The position numbers and the translations under genes were made by a program. Shown one piece after another: positions 10,439 through 20,087 of a stretch of DNA of 64,000 nucleotides (position 1 is its first letter; each line of letters opens with the position of its first letter). The stretch spans positions 45,926-109,925 of the forward strand of contig CAIJYD010000051.1 in NCBI GenBank assembly GCA_903824785.1. Reading direction: 5' to 3'. The notes beneath the pieces were generated by a model that was not told the origin of the DNA, searched no databases, and saw only the letters and a program-made list of their open reading frames with translations. Source of the DNA: an uncultured Bacteroidota bacterium (GTDB taxonomy: Bacteria; Bacteroidota; Bacteroidia; Bacteroidales; VadinHA17).

Positions 10439-11908
10439 TTACAGAAGCGATTCTTTATTCTTTTCCTGCCCTTTATTATATTTTTTCCAGATATAATAAA
10501 CAGGAATACCCATAATTACTATTCCCAGACCGGGGAAGGTGTAATCGGGTTTGTATATTAAAAGAATCACCATAATGAAAACTGTTGTAAGGATATAAAT
10601 GGCAGGTATAACAGGGTATCCGAATGCTTTGTAAGGCCTTGGGATATCGGGCCGCTTTACCCTCAGAACAAATATTGCCAGAATAGTTAATGTGAAAAAA
10701 ATCAAAACTGCAAAGATCACATAATCAAGAAGATTACCGTATGTTCCTGACAAGCATAGCAATACGGACCATACGCCCTGCACAATAATTGCGAAACCGG
10801 GTACATTATTTTTATTTATTTCTCCAACTTTTCTGAAAAAAAGACCATCTTTTGCCATTGCATAATAAACCCGCGGGCCGGCCATTATAAGACCATGATT
10901 ACAGCCAAATGTGCTGATCATAATGAAGATTGCCATTATTATTGCAGCATAATCACCAAAGACCACGCTCATCGCGGATGTAGCCACCCTGTCGTCTGTT
11001 GCAAACTGAATTCCACGGCTTAATACATCTGCACCATCCGGAGAACCAGACAGAGGCAGTATTTTAATATAAACAAAGTTAGTAAGCAGATATATTGCCG
11101 AAACAGTTAAGGTACCGAAGAAGAGGCTGAGAGGAACATTGCGTTTAGGGTTTATTACTTCAGCTGAGAGATAAGTAACATTATACCATGCATCTGCTGC
11201 GAACAAAGATCCGACCAGGGCGGTACCGATTGCAGCAATTAGAGCGAAACCTACAATGGGTATTACCTGGAAATCCTTCCCCACCTGAGCCGCCTTCCAG
11301 AAAACCTCCCTGTTTATCTCAAGCGAATTCAGGTTTTTTGTAGCAAAAAATCCAATAACAATAAAACCGAAAAGGGCAATTACTTTTGTTGATGAGAAGA
11401 TATTAGCTACCGTCTTGCCTGTTACAATTCCTCTGGTATTCAGCCAGGTAAGAAATGTGATCATGGCAATTGCAATAACCATTGTGCTGTTAACCTTCAA
11501 AGGGCCCAGTTCTAGTAAAATATTTTTTTCAGAGATCCAGGGAAAAAGCACCCCGCTGAATTTGGCAAATGCTACTGCAACTGCAGCAATCGATCCGCAC
11601 TGTATTACAAGAAAGGTTGTCCAGCCAAAAAGAAATCCAACCAATGGATGATAAGCCTCCTTCAGATAAACATACTGACCTCCCACATGAGGCATCATTG
11701 AGGCCAGCTCTCCATAACTCAATGCACCAATCACCGTTATTATCCCGGTAATAAGCCAAACCACCATCAGCCATCCCGGAGAACCGACATTCCTGGCAAT
11801 ATCGGCACTTACTATAAAAATTCCCGAGCCGATCATTGCGCCTGCCACAATGGAAAATCCATCGAAAAGGTTTACGCGCTTCTGAAATAGATGATTTTCT
11901 GCCTGCAT
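10439..11908 (-). CDS. APC-superfamily amino acid permease
   Basis: 489 aa with about 12 hydrophobic segments. GSGIF motif in the first TM region and a typical APC layout. Confidence 0.8.
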   Translation of the reverse strand: MQAENHLFQKRVNLFDGFSIVAGAMIGSGIFIVSADIARNVGSPGWLMVVWLITGIITVIGALSYGELASMMPHVGGQYVYLKEAYHPLVGFLFGWTTFLVIQCGSIAAVAVAFAKFSGVLFPWISEKNILLELGPLKVNSTMVIAIAMITFLTWLNTRGIVTGKTVANIFSSTKVIALFGFIVIGFFATKNLNSLEINREVFWKAAQVGKDFQVIPIVGFALIAAIGTALVGSLFAADAWYNVTYLSAEVINPKRNVPLSLFFGTLTVSAIYLLTNFVYIKILPLSGSPDGADVLSRGIQFATDDRVATSAMSVVFGDYAAIIMAIFIMISTFGCNHGLIMAGPRVYYAMAKDGLFFRKVGEINKNNVPGFAIIVQGVWSVLLCLSGTYGNLLDYVIFAVLIFFTLTILAIFVLRVKRPDIPRPYKAFGYPVIPAIYILTTVFIMVILLIYKPDYTFPGLGIVIMGIPVYYIWKKYNKGQEKNKESLL

Positions 11909-12293
11909 TGTCTCAGTTTATATTCGAAAATTTTAACTAATCGGAAATCAGCCTTAAAGGAAACCCAATTTAAGAGTGCCTAAAGTTAGAAAATCAGGTG
12001 TTATTACCAATTTTATTTACGGGTTTAACAATTTCAGGGGTCAATAATCTGCCATATTATAAAAAAAGAGTATCGGGAATCAGGAATATTATCTATTTCT
12101 TTTGTTCCGGGAAACAGATTGATTTAATTTGAGATTACCTTCAGCGAACTCGTCCGGAAAAACAGGGTGTTAATTAATTTAACCTCATCAGATTTTCATA
12201 TATTGCATTAAGAAAAACAGATAAAAATCTTCCACTCTTTTTTATTAATAACTTTAAAACGGACTCTGATAAACCTAATAATATAATACAATC

Positions 12294-13586
12294 ATGAAAC
12301 AAAAATTAAACAGACTGCTGCTGCAATCCATTTTACTTATCGCATTTTCTATCAATGCCTTATCACAACCTGGAACCAACCTGGTAAAAGTAATTATTTC
12401 ACCGGACCACAAAGACTGGACCTACAAAGTGAATGAGGTAGCAAAATTCTCTGTGCAGGTTCTTAAATTCGGCAACCTGCTGGAAAACGTTACCATCGAA
12501 TATGAAACCGGTCCTGAGATGCTGCCTGATGTTAAGAAAGAGGGTGTTCTGCTGAAGAGCGGCAAGACAGAGTTTACCGGAACAATGAAAGTTCCTGGCT
12601 TCTATCGGCTGCGTGTCTGGGCTGTTGTTGATGGTAAAAAATACGAGGGTCTGGCAACAGCAGGCTTTGAGCCTGAAAAAATTCAGCCGACGGTGAAAGA
12701 TGTCGCAGAATTTGATTCCTTCTGGAACAATGCAATCTCAGAAGCAAGAAAGATTAACCTCGATCCAAAACTTACTCTGATGCCCGAAAGGTGCACCAGC
12801 GAAGCCAATGTTTATCATATAAGCTTCCAGAATGAGATTAACGGATCGAGAATTTACGGGATTCTGGCAATGCCAAAAAAACCGGGAAAATATCCTGCAA
12901 TCCTCAGGGTTCCCGGAGCAGGTATTCGTCCCTATGCCGGTGACGCGAAAACAGCGGCTCTTGGTATCATTACACTGGAAATTGGAATACATGGCATCCC
13001 GGTAAACCTTGATGCACAGGTCTATGACAATCTTATGAGCGGAGCATTATCCTCCTACTGGACCATAAAAATGAATAATCGCGATCTGTTTTATTATAAA
13101 CGTGTCTATCTTGGATGTGTGCGTGCAGTCGATTTTATCTTCTCACTGCCTGAGTTCAACGGCTCCGACATTGCTGTTACAGGGGGAAGCCAGGGAGGCG
13201 CTCTGACTATAATTACCGCAGGACTGGACAAAAGGATTAAATATATGGCTGCCCTCTATCCTGCACTTTGTGATTATGCCGGGTATCTTAACAAAAGAGC
13301 CGGTGGGTGGCCGCACTATTTCAAAACTTCCGAACCGAAACCGGGAGAAACTGAAACTCTTGATTATTACGATGTTGTAAATTTCGCACGAAGGATCACA
13401 ATTCCGGGGTTTTATACCTGGGGTTATAATGATATTACCTGTCCTCCAACTTCCATGTATTCGGCTTACAATGTTATAAAAGCACAAAAAGAGTTGCAGA
13501 TCTTTCAGGAAACCGGGCACTGGACATATCCTGAACAGAATGAAGCGGTAAGTAACTGGCTGATAAAACAACTTAAGGGACAATAG
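12294..13586 (+). CDS. CE7 acetylxylan esterase / cephalosporin-C deacetylase family, with signal peptide and N-terminal extra domain
   Basis: Nucleophile elbow GGSQGG, RVPGAG-type oxyanion region and C-terminal H (ETGHW). Signal peptide LIAFSINALSQ. Confidence 0.8.
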   Translation: MKQKLNRLLLQSILLIAFSINALSQPGTNLVKVIISPDHKDWTYKVNEVAKFSVQVLKFGNLLENVTIEYETGPEMLPDVKKEGVLLKSGKTEFTGTMKVPGFYRLRVWAVVDGKKYEGLATAGFEPEKIQPTVKDVAEFDSFWNNAISEARKINLDPKLTLMPERCTSEANVYHISFQNEINGSRIYGILAMPKKPGKYPAILRVPGAGIRPYAGDAKTAALGIITLEIGIHGIPVNLDAQVYDNLMSGALSSYWTIKMNNRDLFYYKRVYLGCVRAVDFIFSLPEFNGSDIAVTGGSQGGALTIITAGLDKRIKYMAALYPALCDYAGYLNKRAGGWPHYFKTSEPKPGETETLDYYDVVNFARRITIPGFYTWGYNDITCPPTSMYSAYNVIKAQKELQIFQETGHWTYPEQNEAVSNWLIKQLKGQ

Positions 13587-13590
13587 CTGA

Positions 13591-14766
13591 TCAGGACCGG
13601 GCAACCGGTTTTATTACAATGCAGCTTTTGGGGCAGACAACCTCGCATGCTCCGCAACCGACACATTTCTGGTTGAGGACCACAGGGATAACGTTTAAAA
13701 CAGAGTGCCCTGATACAAACTTAATTGCATCATACTTGCAGGATTCCACACATCTGACGCACTCTCTGTTATTTACTACCAGGCAGTTCTCCAGATCTGC
13801 TTCTGCTGTCCCCATAAACAACCGGTTTTTTGCTCTGACATCAAAAAGGGTAATGGCACCGCTCGGGCAAACCTGACTGCAACGACTGCAGGTTTCAAGA
13901 CAATAACCCGATTTGAAGCTTATCTCAGGCGTCATCCATGAGAATGGACTGGTAAAATCTGTCTGCGGGGTGATTATCCCTGTCGGACAAGCTTTGCTGC
14001 AACTTCCACACCTGCAGCATAAACTGTTAAAAAGAGAAGCCTCAACGGATGCTGGTGGCCGGATAACATTGCATGCCGGAGGCTTAAGAATGCGTGGAAT
14101 AACCGATCCTGCCACTATTCCTGCTCCGGTCATAATAAAATAACGACGACCGGAATCATTTGATTTTGGTTCCACCGCCCTGTTTGTAAATATTCTCTTT
14201 ACCTGATGGTTCAGATCAGAAATTACCAGCTGAAGTCCACCAAGAGGACACAGTTTTGTACACCATATACCGGGGAAAAAGAAGCTGATCAGAAGAAGAA
14301 GAGGAAAGCCGGCAAGCGAGACAATGGCTGCCAGTTTTAAATCACCTGAGAATACTGAAAAAAATCCATTGAATATTGCCAGCGGATCTGATATTATGAA
14401 AATTGGCAGCCCTGCGGCGGCGGCGGCAAGGGAAATAACTGCGAGCAACCTGCTGATATCAGGTAGTCGCCTGTGGCTTAATGGACTGCGGGTTCCCTGT
14501 CCGGAAACCAGATCACAATAATAGCCAACAGGACAAAGATTATGACAAAACCATCGCTTCCGGAAAACGGCAATAATTATAACCGGGACAGATACAATGT
14601 TCAGCCAGACAAAAGACTTTAAAACCAGAACAGAGTTAAGCATTATAAAGGGGCTTAGCCAGGAATAGAATCCTGCCAGCCCATTCCGGGAGACCGGTAA
14701 GGCCAGAATCAATGCCAGCAAGGCAGAGAAGAGTCGCAGGTTGGAAAACCTGAAAACATTTTTCAT
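13591..14766 (-). CDS. membrane-bound polyferredoxin (NapH/MauN-like 4Fe-4S binding protein)
   Basis: Several TM helices with CHNLCPVG and CTKLCPLG motifs. The C-terminal half carries four Cys clusters (CCRCGSCSKACP, CSRCSQVCP, CVRCVESC, CVGCGACEVVCP). Confidence 0.75.
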   Translation of the reverse strand: MKNVFRFSNLRLFSALLALILALPVSRNGLAGFYSWLSPFIMLNSVLVLKSFVWLNIVSVPVIIIAVFRKRWFCHNLCPVGYYCDLVSGQGTRSPLSHRRLPDISRLLAVISLAAAAAGLPIFIISDPLAIFNGFFSVFSGDLKLAAIVSLAGFPLLLLISFFFPGIWCTKLCPLGGLQLVISDLNHQVKRIFTNRAVEPKSNDSGRRYFIMTGAGIVAGSVIPRILKPPACNVIRPPASVEASLFNSLCCRCGSCSKACPTGIITPQTDFTSPFSWMTPEISFKSGYCLETCSRCSQVCPSGAITLFDVRAKNRLFMGTAEADLENCLVVNNRECVRCVESCKYDAIKFVSGHSVLNVIPVVLNQKCVGCGACEVVCPKSCIVIKPVARS

Positions 14767-16109
14767 CCTAACCAGGCTCCCTGCTGTTTTAGAGTCTCTT
14801 TAAGCTTTCCGATATTAACATCTCTGACTGTTTCCCTCTCTTTAATTGCCAGTCCGGCGGCAGCACCGGCTCCGTGACCAGTAACGAGACAGGTGCCAAT
14901 AATTCTTGTATCCTCAACCAGTTCCTTCTCAAAACAGAAACAACGGCCTGCGACAAGAAGATTTTCTGTTTTTTTAGGAAGCAGCGACCGATAAGGGATC
15001 TGCCAGAGTGGCCGTTCTGAAACAGGAACCTTTTTCCCTTTGTAAAGCATTGTTGTCCATGCACCACTTATACCTATGACATCTTTAAAAGATTTATAAG
15101 TCATTGTATCTTCAAGAGTTAGTCTGTATTCGCCATCAAGAATACGTGACATCCGGACACCTAGCTGCGATGCTGTATCCAACAGGAAAACCTCTTCATA
15201 TCCCGGAGTCTTTCTGATTTTCTGCACGCTCTCCCATATTTCTTTCCTGTATTCCGATTGAAGCTCCGAAAGATTAACCACGTCAAGGGCATTCTGATTC
15301 TCTTTTCCCCACATATTGACCCAGTTAACGCTCGGAATGGGTGTTGCAGTTCCTATATTCATCTTTACATACCCTGCACGGTTCTTATCGATACGATCAA
15401 TGTTTCCAAGTCGGTGAACAAGTCCGATAGCATAGTTCATAACATCATACCTGTCGCCGGCCAGATGAAAAATATCTCCATCACCTGTACAGTCAATTAC
15501 CACTTTGGCCAGTATGGCCTGCCGGCCTGATTTACTCTCAATAAACAGACCTTTTATGACATTTCCATCCATTATCACATTTGCTCCCCAGGTATGATAG
15601 AGCACTTTTACGCCCGATTCGCGCACCATCTCTTCAAGAACATATTTCGCAGCCTCCGGATCAACTACCGGATTAACCTCATTTATTGACATCCCTAGAT
15701 CCACGAGCCTCTTTGACATCTCACCACCAATCCCGAAGATAACCTGTTTTCTTCTTTTCTGCTTATCAACAGCATGAGTGGAGAGAAGCGGGAGCACCAG
15801 CCCTCCGGTCCAAAGCCCTCCGAGATGGTTATATCGTTCCACAAGATATGTTTCAGCCCCTGTTCTGCTTGCCGCTATTGCAGCTGCAGTACCGGCAGGA
15901 CCTCCGCCAATTACAAGAACATCAGTTTCAACCATTACCGGAATTTGTTTCTCCGGCTCTTTAATAGTTTTTCCCGAACCCGTATTCAATGAGAGTTGCG
16001 CCGCCTCTTTTATCTCAGAAACCGGTTCTATCTTTCTCTTACAACCAATTCCAATGGTTAGAGCGCTGCCTGTTATCAGAACTTTGGAAACAAAATCTCT
16101 GCGTTTCAT
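14763..16109 (-). CDS. Tat-exported FAD-dependent oxidoreductase (FAD_oxidored family)
   Basis: Twin-arginine signal MKRRDFVSKVLITGSALTIGIGC. Dinucleotide fold VIGGGPAGTAAAIAASRTG. 4-nt ATGA overlap with the polyferredoxin gene. Confidence 0.8.
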   Translation of the reverse strand: MKRRDFVSKVLITGSALTIGIGCKRKIEPVSEIKEAAQLSLNTGSGKTIKEPEKQIPVMVETDVLVIGGGPAGTAAAIAASRTGAETYLVERYNHLGGLWTGGLVLPLLSTHAVDKQKRRKQVIFGIGGEMSKRLVDLGMSINEVNPVVDPEAAKYVLEEMVRESGVKVLYHTWGANVIMDGNVIKGLFIESKSGRQAILAKVVIDCTGDGDIFHLAGDRYDVMNYAIGLVHRLGNIDRIDKNRAGYVKMNIGTATPIPSVNWVNMWGKENQNALDVVNLSELQSEYRKEIWESVQKIRKTPGYEEVFLLDTASQLGVRMSRILDGEYRLTLEDTMTYKSFKDVIGISGAWTTMLYKGKKVPVSERPLWQIPYRSLLPKKTENLLVAGRCFCFEKELVEDTRIIGTCLVTGHGAGAAAGLAIKERETVRDVNIGKLKETLKQQGAWLG

Positions 16110-16142
16110 ACCTTTTAAATATTATTTTTCAAAATTTATACC

Positions 16143-18797
16143 CTAATTCTTAAAAGAGACCTCTTTTCCTGTCAACCTTACTCTGCCTGTAAGTACCTGT
16201 GTGAACTGAGGATCGAGATATCCAGTAAACCCAGGTTGTTTGCCACCCGCTGAAACGGTAAAATAACCCGGTTCAATTACCCTTTTCCCTTTATCATTTA
16301 TATTTGAAAACTGCCGTGGAACAAGTTTAAATTCAACCTCTTTACTTTCACCCGGCTTCAGAAATATCCTGTTAAAACCTTCAAGCTGACGAATTGGTCT
16401 GGGAGTTGAGGCTTTCTCATCTGAAAGATAAAGCTCAACAACCTCATCGCCTTCTAATTTTCCGGTATTGGTAACGGTAACTTTGATGGTTACATTTTCG
16501 CCTGCAACAGCTTTTTCTGGAACCGATAAGTTACTATAGCTGAAGGTTGTATAACTCAGACCGTAACCAAAGGGAAAAAGCGGCTCCTGTCTGAAGAACC
16601 GATAGGTTTTGCCTTCCATATCATAATTTTCGAATGCGGGTATCTGATCGATTGATTTATAATATGTTACAGGAAGTCTTCCGGCAGGATTATAATCACC
16701 GAAAAGAACATCAGCCACTGCATTACCACCCTGTTGGCCGGGGTAACCGGCGAGAATAACGGCAGATGCCTTTTCCCTGGCACTGTTCACTGACAATGCC
16801 CCGCCATTCATCAGCACTACTACAACCGGTTTTCCGAGGGAGGTAATCGTCTCAAGAAGACGTTCCTGTGAAGCCGGCAGATTTAAATTTGTACGGTCAC
16901 CACCGTTGAACCCCTCAATTCTGATACTCATCTCTTCACCTTCAAGTCGCTGGGAAAGGCCCAGGACAAGAACAACGGCATCGGCTTCTTTTACTGCTGT
17001 AACAGCCTGTGCTGCTAGCGTTTCACGTGGAGGAGCCCAGAGCAGCCTTATATCAGCATCGCCTGAGGAATTCCTGTAAAGAACCTCAATTTTATATTTC
17101 TTCCCTGCCTGCAATTCAACAGGTACCTCACTGTTAAATGCATGATGGTCATTCAGCGATGAGATAATTTTTTTCCCGTCGAGCAGGATCTCTGAACTGT
17201 ATGAGCTCCAGGAGCCAAGAAAATAGGTTCCCGTTTCAGGAGGTACAAGAAAAGTGGTCCACCTGATACCAAAATTATCGTCTGGCATTTTATACGAAGG
17301 AGAGAGCTGCTCCCAGTAAAAATTGATATTATCATCAACCCGTGTAAAAACAGGTTCCCCTTTCATTTCACTGTTGTTGAAATATTCTCCGGTTGCCCCC
17401 TGTTTCCCGTCCGCCGTCTGAAGGTATCTTGAAGGAATTGGCGACAGATTATGAATGCCTTCTGCCAGATCACTTCCTTCGGCATAAATTACCTTTGTTC
17501 CGGGGGTTACCTTACCAATAATACCTTTCAGAACAGTAACCGGGTTTTTGGGGATCCCATTATAATTACCGATAAGCGACTCGAAGTTATCAGCGTTGGG
17601 ACCAATAACCGCTATTGTTTTTAATTCTTTTGAAAGAGGGAGTGTATTATTGTCATTCTTCAGCAGCACAATAGATTTCTGTGCAGCCAGCCGCGAAAGG
17701 GTATTATTAAAATCCGAGCAATTGACAAAAAAAGGAATTTGTGCATAAGGTACCTCCCTGTCGGAATCGAACATGCCAAGTTTAAACCGGGCTGTGAAAA
17801 TTCTTTTTACAGCAACATCAATATCAGACTCTGTAAGCAATCCACGCTCAACAGATGTCATAAGGTTTTTGTAATCAATGCCACATTCAAGGTCAGTTCC
17901 GGCATTAACAGCCTGTGCAGCAGCCTCTGCAGGGTCTTTTGCGAAATTTGTGAATTTATAAAAGTCCGATACTGCCCAGCAGTCGGAAACAATATAACCT
18001 CTGAAACCCCATTCATTACGAAGTATGCCATATAATTCAGGATTGGCACAGCAGGGAAAATCCCGGAATCTGTTATAGGCTCCCATTATTGAATAAACTC
18101 CTGCATCAATTACAAGGGTCCGGAATGCCGGAAGATATGTTTCTCTCAAATCTATCTCACTAACCTTTGCATTAAAAGAGTGTCTGAGAGGTTCCGGACC
18201 AGAGTGAACGGCATAATGTTTTGCAGTAGCAATTGTTTTCAGATATTTCGGATCGTCACCCTGCATCCCTTTTACGAATTCATAACCCATTCTGCCGGTA
18301 AGAAAGGGATCTTCGCCATAAGTCTCATGTCCCCTGCCCCATCTGGGATCTCGAAAAATATTTATGTTCGGCGACCAGAAGGTAAGCCCCTGATAAATAC
18401 CTGTTTTGCCTCTTCTCTGAAACTCATGATACTTTGCCCGTGCTTCATCGGAAATTGCATTTGCAACATTGAACATCAACCCTTCGTCCCAGGAGTTGGC
18501 GATTGTAATTGATTGGGGAAATACTGTTGCATAACCTGCTCTTGCCACACCGTGAAGAGCTTCATTCCACCAGTTATAGGCAGGAATACCAAGACGGGTG
18601 ATAGCCGGTGCGGTATATAGAAGCTGGTCAGCTTTTTCCTGAAGTGTCATCCTTGAAACCAGATCGGCCACTCTAACTTCTGTAGAGAGGGCACTGTTTT
18701 GAAATGGATATTTTACCTCGCCCTGCTGGCCTGATGACACGAAGCAGAATGTAACAAATGTTACAATATGAATTGAAATAAAAAGTTTTTTTAACAT
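16143..18797 (-). CDS. GH3 beta-glycosidase (glucosidase/xylosidase type) with inserted PA14 domain
   Basis: GH3 nucleophile region GYIVSDCWAV. KHYAVHSGPE and WSPNINIFRDPRWGRGHETYGEDP blocks. PA14-like insert around GEYFNNSEMKGEPVF. C-terminal Fn3-like domain. Confidence 0.9.
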   Translation of the reverse strand: MLKKLFISIHIVTFVTFCFVSSGQQGEVKYPFQNSALSTEVRVADLVSRMTLQEKADQLLYTAPAITRLGIPAYNWWNEALHGVARAGYATVFPQSITIANSWDEGLMFNVANAISDEARAKYHEFQRRGKTGIYQGLTFWSPNINIFRDPRWGRGHETYGEDPFLTGRMGYEFVKGMQGDDPKYLKTIATAKHYAVHSGPEPLRHSFNAKVSEIDLRETYLPAFRTLVIDAGVYSIMGAYNRFRDFPCCANPELYGILRNEWGFRGYIVSDCWAVSDFYKFTNFAKDPAEAAAQAVNAGTDLECGIDYKNLMTSVERGLLTESDIDVAVKRIFTARFKLGMFDSDREVPYAQIPFFVNCSDFNNTLSRLAAQKSIVLLKNDNNTLPLSKELKTIAVIGPNADNFESLIGNYNGIPKNPVTVLKGIIGKVTPGTKVIYAEGSDLAEGIHNLSPIPSRYLQTADGKQGATGEYFNNSEMKGEPVFTRVDDNINFYWEQLSPSYKMPDDNFGIRWTTFLVPPETGTYFLGSWSSYSSEILLDGKKIISSLNDHHAFNSEVPVELQAGKKYKIEVLYRNSSGDADIRLLWAPPRETLAAQAVTAVKEADAVVLVLGLSQRLEGEEMSIRIEGFNGGDRTNLNLPASQERLLETITSLGKPVVVVLMNGGALSVNSAREKASAVILAGYPGQQGGNAVADVLFGDYNPAGRLPVTYYKSIDQIPAFENYDMEGKTYRFFRQEPLFPFGYGLSYTTFSYSNLSVPEKAVAGENVTIKVTVTNTGKLEGDEVVELYLSDEKASTPRPIRQLEGFNRIFLKPGESKEVEFKLVPRQFSNINDKGKRVIEPGYFTVSAGGKQPGFTGYLDPQFTQVLTGRVRLTGKEVSFKN

Positions 18798-18807
18798 ATA
18801 ATTAATT

Positions 18808-19809
18808 TTAATCCTTAGCGGTTCTGAAATCTATTTCAAGATATGCTCCTGTTGCATTGGCATCTGCAGTAAACTGGGGAATACCACTTACCATGTCAAT
18901 TGTCTGCCGGTGAATATGCCCGGCAAAGATGCCTAGAAGGGAAGGTGCGGAAAACACCTCCCTGTGAAAATCCAAAGTAACCTGTGAAGGGCCATTTTCC
19001 GGCCATCTCTCGCGTCTCTCGAGACCGAATGAGGTATCAGTTTTTGCTCCCCAGGAAGGGTCTCCGCAGCCATACGACCGCCCCGGGGCAAACATTGGAA
19101 TATGCATCATCAGAATGAAAGGAGCCCCTTCCCTGACATGCTTTCTGAGAAACTCCAGCTGCCCGGGAAGAATCTCATAGGTTGAATTATCAATTGCCAG
19201 AACTGTAATTCCGTTTAACTTATAGGAGGCCATCATCGGGTCATTCCCCTGGTAAAGAATATTCAAACGTTTCTTTGTCCATATTTCCCTCAAACTCTGG
19301 CTGCTTCCCTCCATTCCTTCATAATGCCAGTCATGGTTTCCTGAAATATACAGACATGGGATCCCGGTATTTTTAAGTTTCTCATAAACCCATTCGATAG
19401 CAGCTTCAGAAGGAAAACTGAATATATCTCCCGTCATTGCTATAAGATCGGCTTTCCTTTTAACTGCCATATCAAGAACCTCCTCAAATGCTTTTACAGG
19501 ATTAAGAGGTTCTCCGGTTCTGAAGTGCTTTGTTACATTGTATGCTTTTGACATCCTTTTGCTATACTGAATAAACTGTTCACCTCTCATGTCATCCATC
19601 CATAGGTGAGTATCTGATATTTGTATAATTTTTAAAGGAGTTGTCAACCCTTCAGGAAAATATGAAATTCTATTGTCGTCAACAGAAAAGTCACATCTCC
19701 GGAAGGGAGGCTGCTTTGACTTATTAAATATTTCAGCTGATGCATTTTGACTCAAACCTAACCCGGCTGAGGCTATAAACAGTGTGTTTAAAAAACTGCG
19801 TCTTTCCAT
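18808..19809 (-). CDS. calcineurin-like metallophosphoesterase with Tat-type signal
   Basis: MERRSFLNTLFIASAGLGL signal. Metallophosphoesterase motifs ISDTH, TGDIF, SGNHD and GHIH. Confidence 0.75.
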   Translation of the reverse strand: MERRSFLNTLFIASAGLGLSQNASAEIFNKSKQPPFRRCDFSVDDNRISYFPEGLTTPLKIIQISDTHLWMDDMRGEQFIQYSKRMSKAYNVTKHFRTGEPLNPVKAFEEVLDMAVKRKADLIAMTGDIFSFPSEAAIEWVYEKLKNTGIPCLYISGNHDWHYEGMEGSSQSLREIWTKKRLNILYQGNDPMMASYKLNGITVLAIDNSTYEILPGQLEFLRKHVREGAPFILMMHIPMFAPGRSYGCGDPSWGAKTDTSFGLERRERWPENGPSQVTLDFHREVFSAPSLLGIFAGHIHRQTIDMVSGIPQFTADANATGAYLEIDFRTAKD

Positions 19810-20022
19810 ACTACTTTAATTAACCGGTTTACACTCAACGTCCACCTGATATCAAATATATGTTTTTCTTCTTAATGATTTTTCGCTTCCGTCTCTTCTT
19901 TTGTTTATGAATTTATCATCCGTTCAGAATCCCAGTAAACTTTCCTTTTTACAGGAAATACTGTTAAGGAACTGACCAAGAAGCAAAACTATTAAGAGGC
20001 CATCATTATCAGCCATTTGCTC

Positions 20023-20053
20023 AAAAAAAAGCCCCTGAATAAATTCAAGGGCC
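20023..20053 (-). terminator. Rho-independent terminator downstream of susD
   Basis: Plus strand reads AAAAAAAA-GCCCCTGAA-TAAA-TTCAAGGGC. On the minus-strand transcript this is a 9-bp stem (the single mismatch becomes a G.U wobble), a 4-nt loop and a run of 8 U. It lies 35 nt after the susD stop. Confidence 0.75.
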
Positions 20054-20087
20054 TTTTATAAATCAGTCTATTGACAAATCATTGAAA

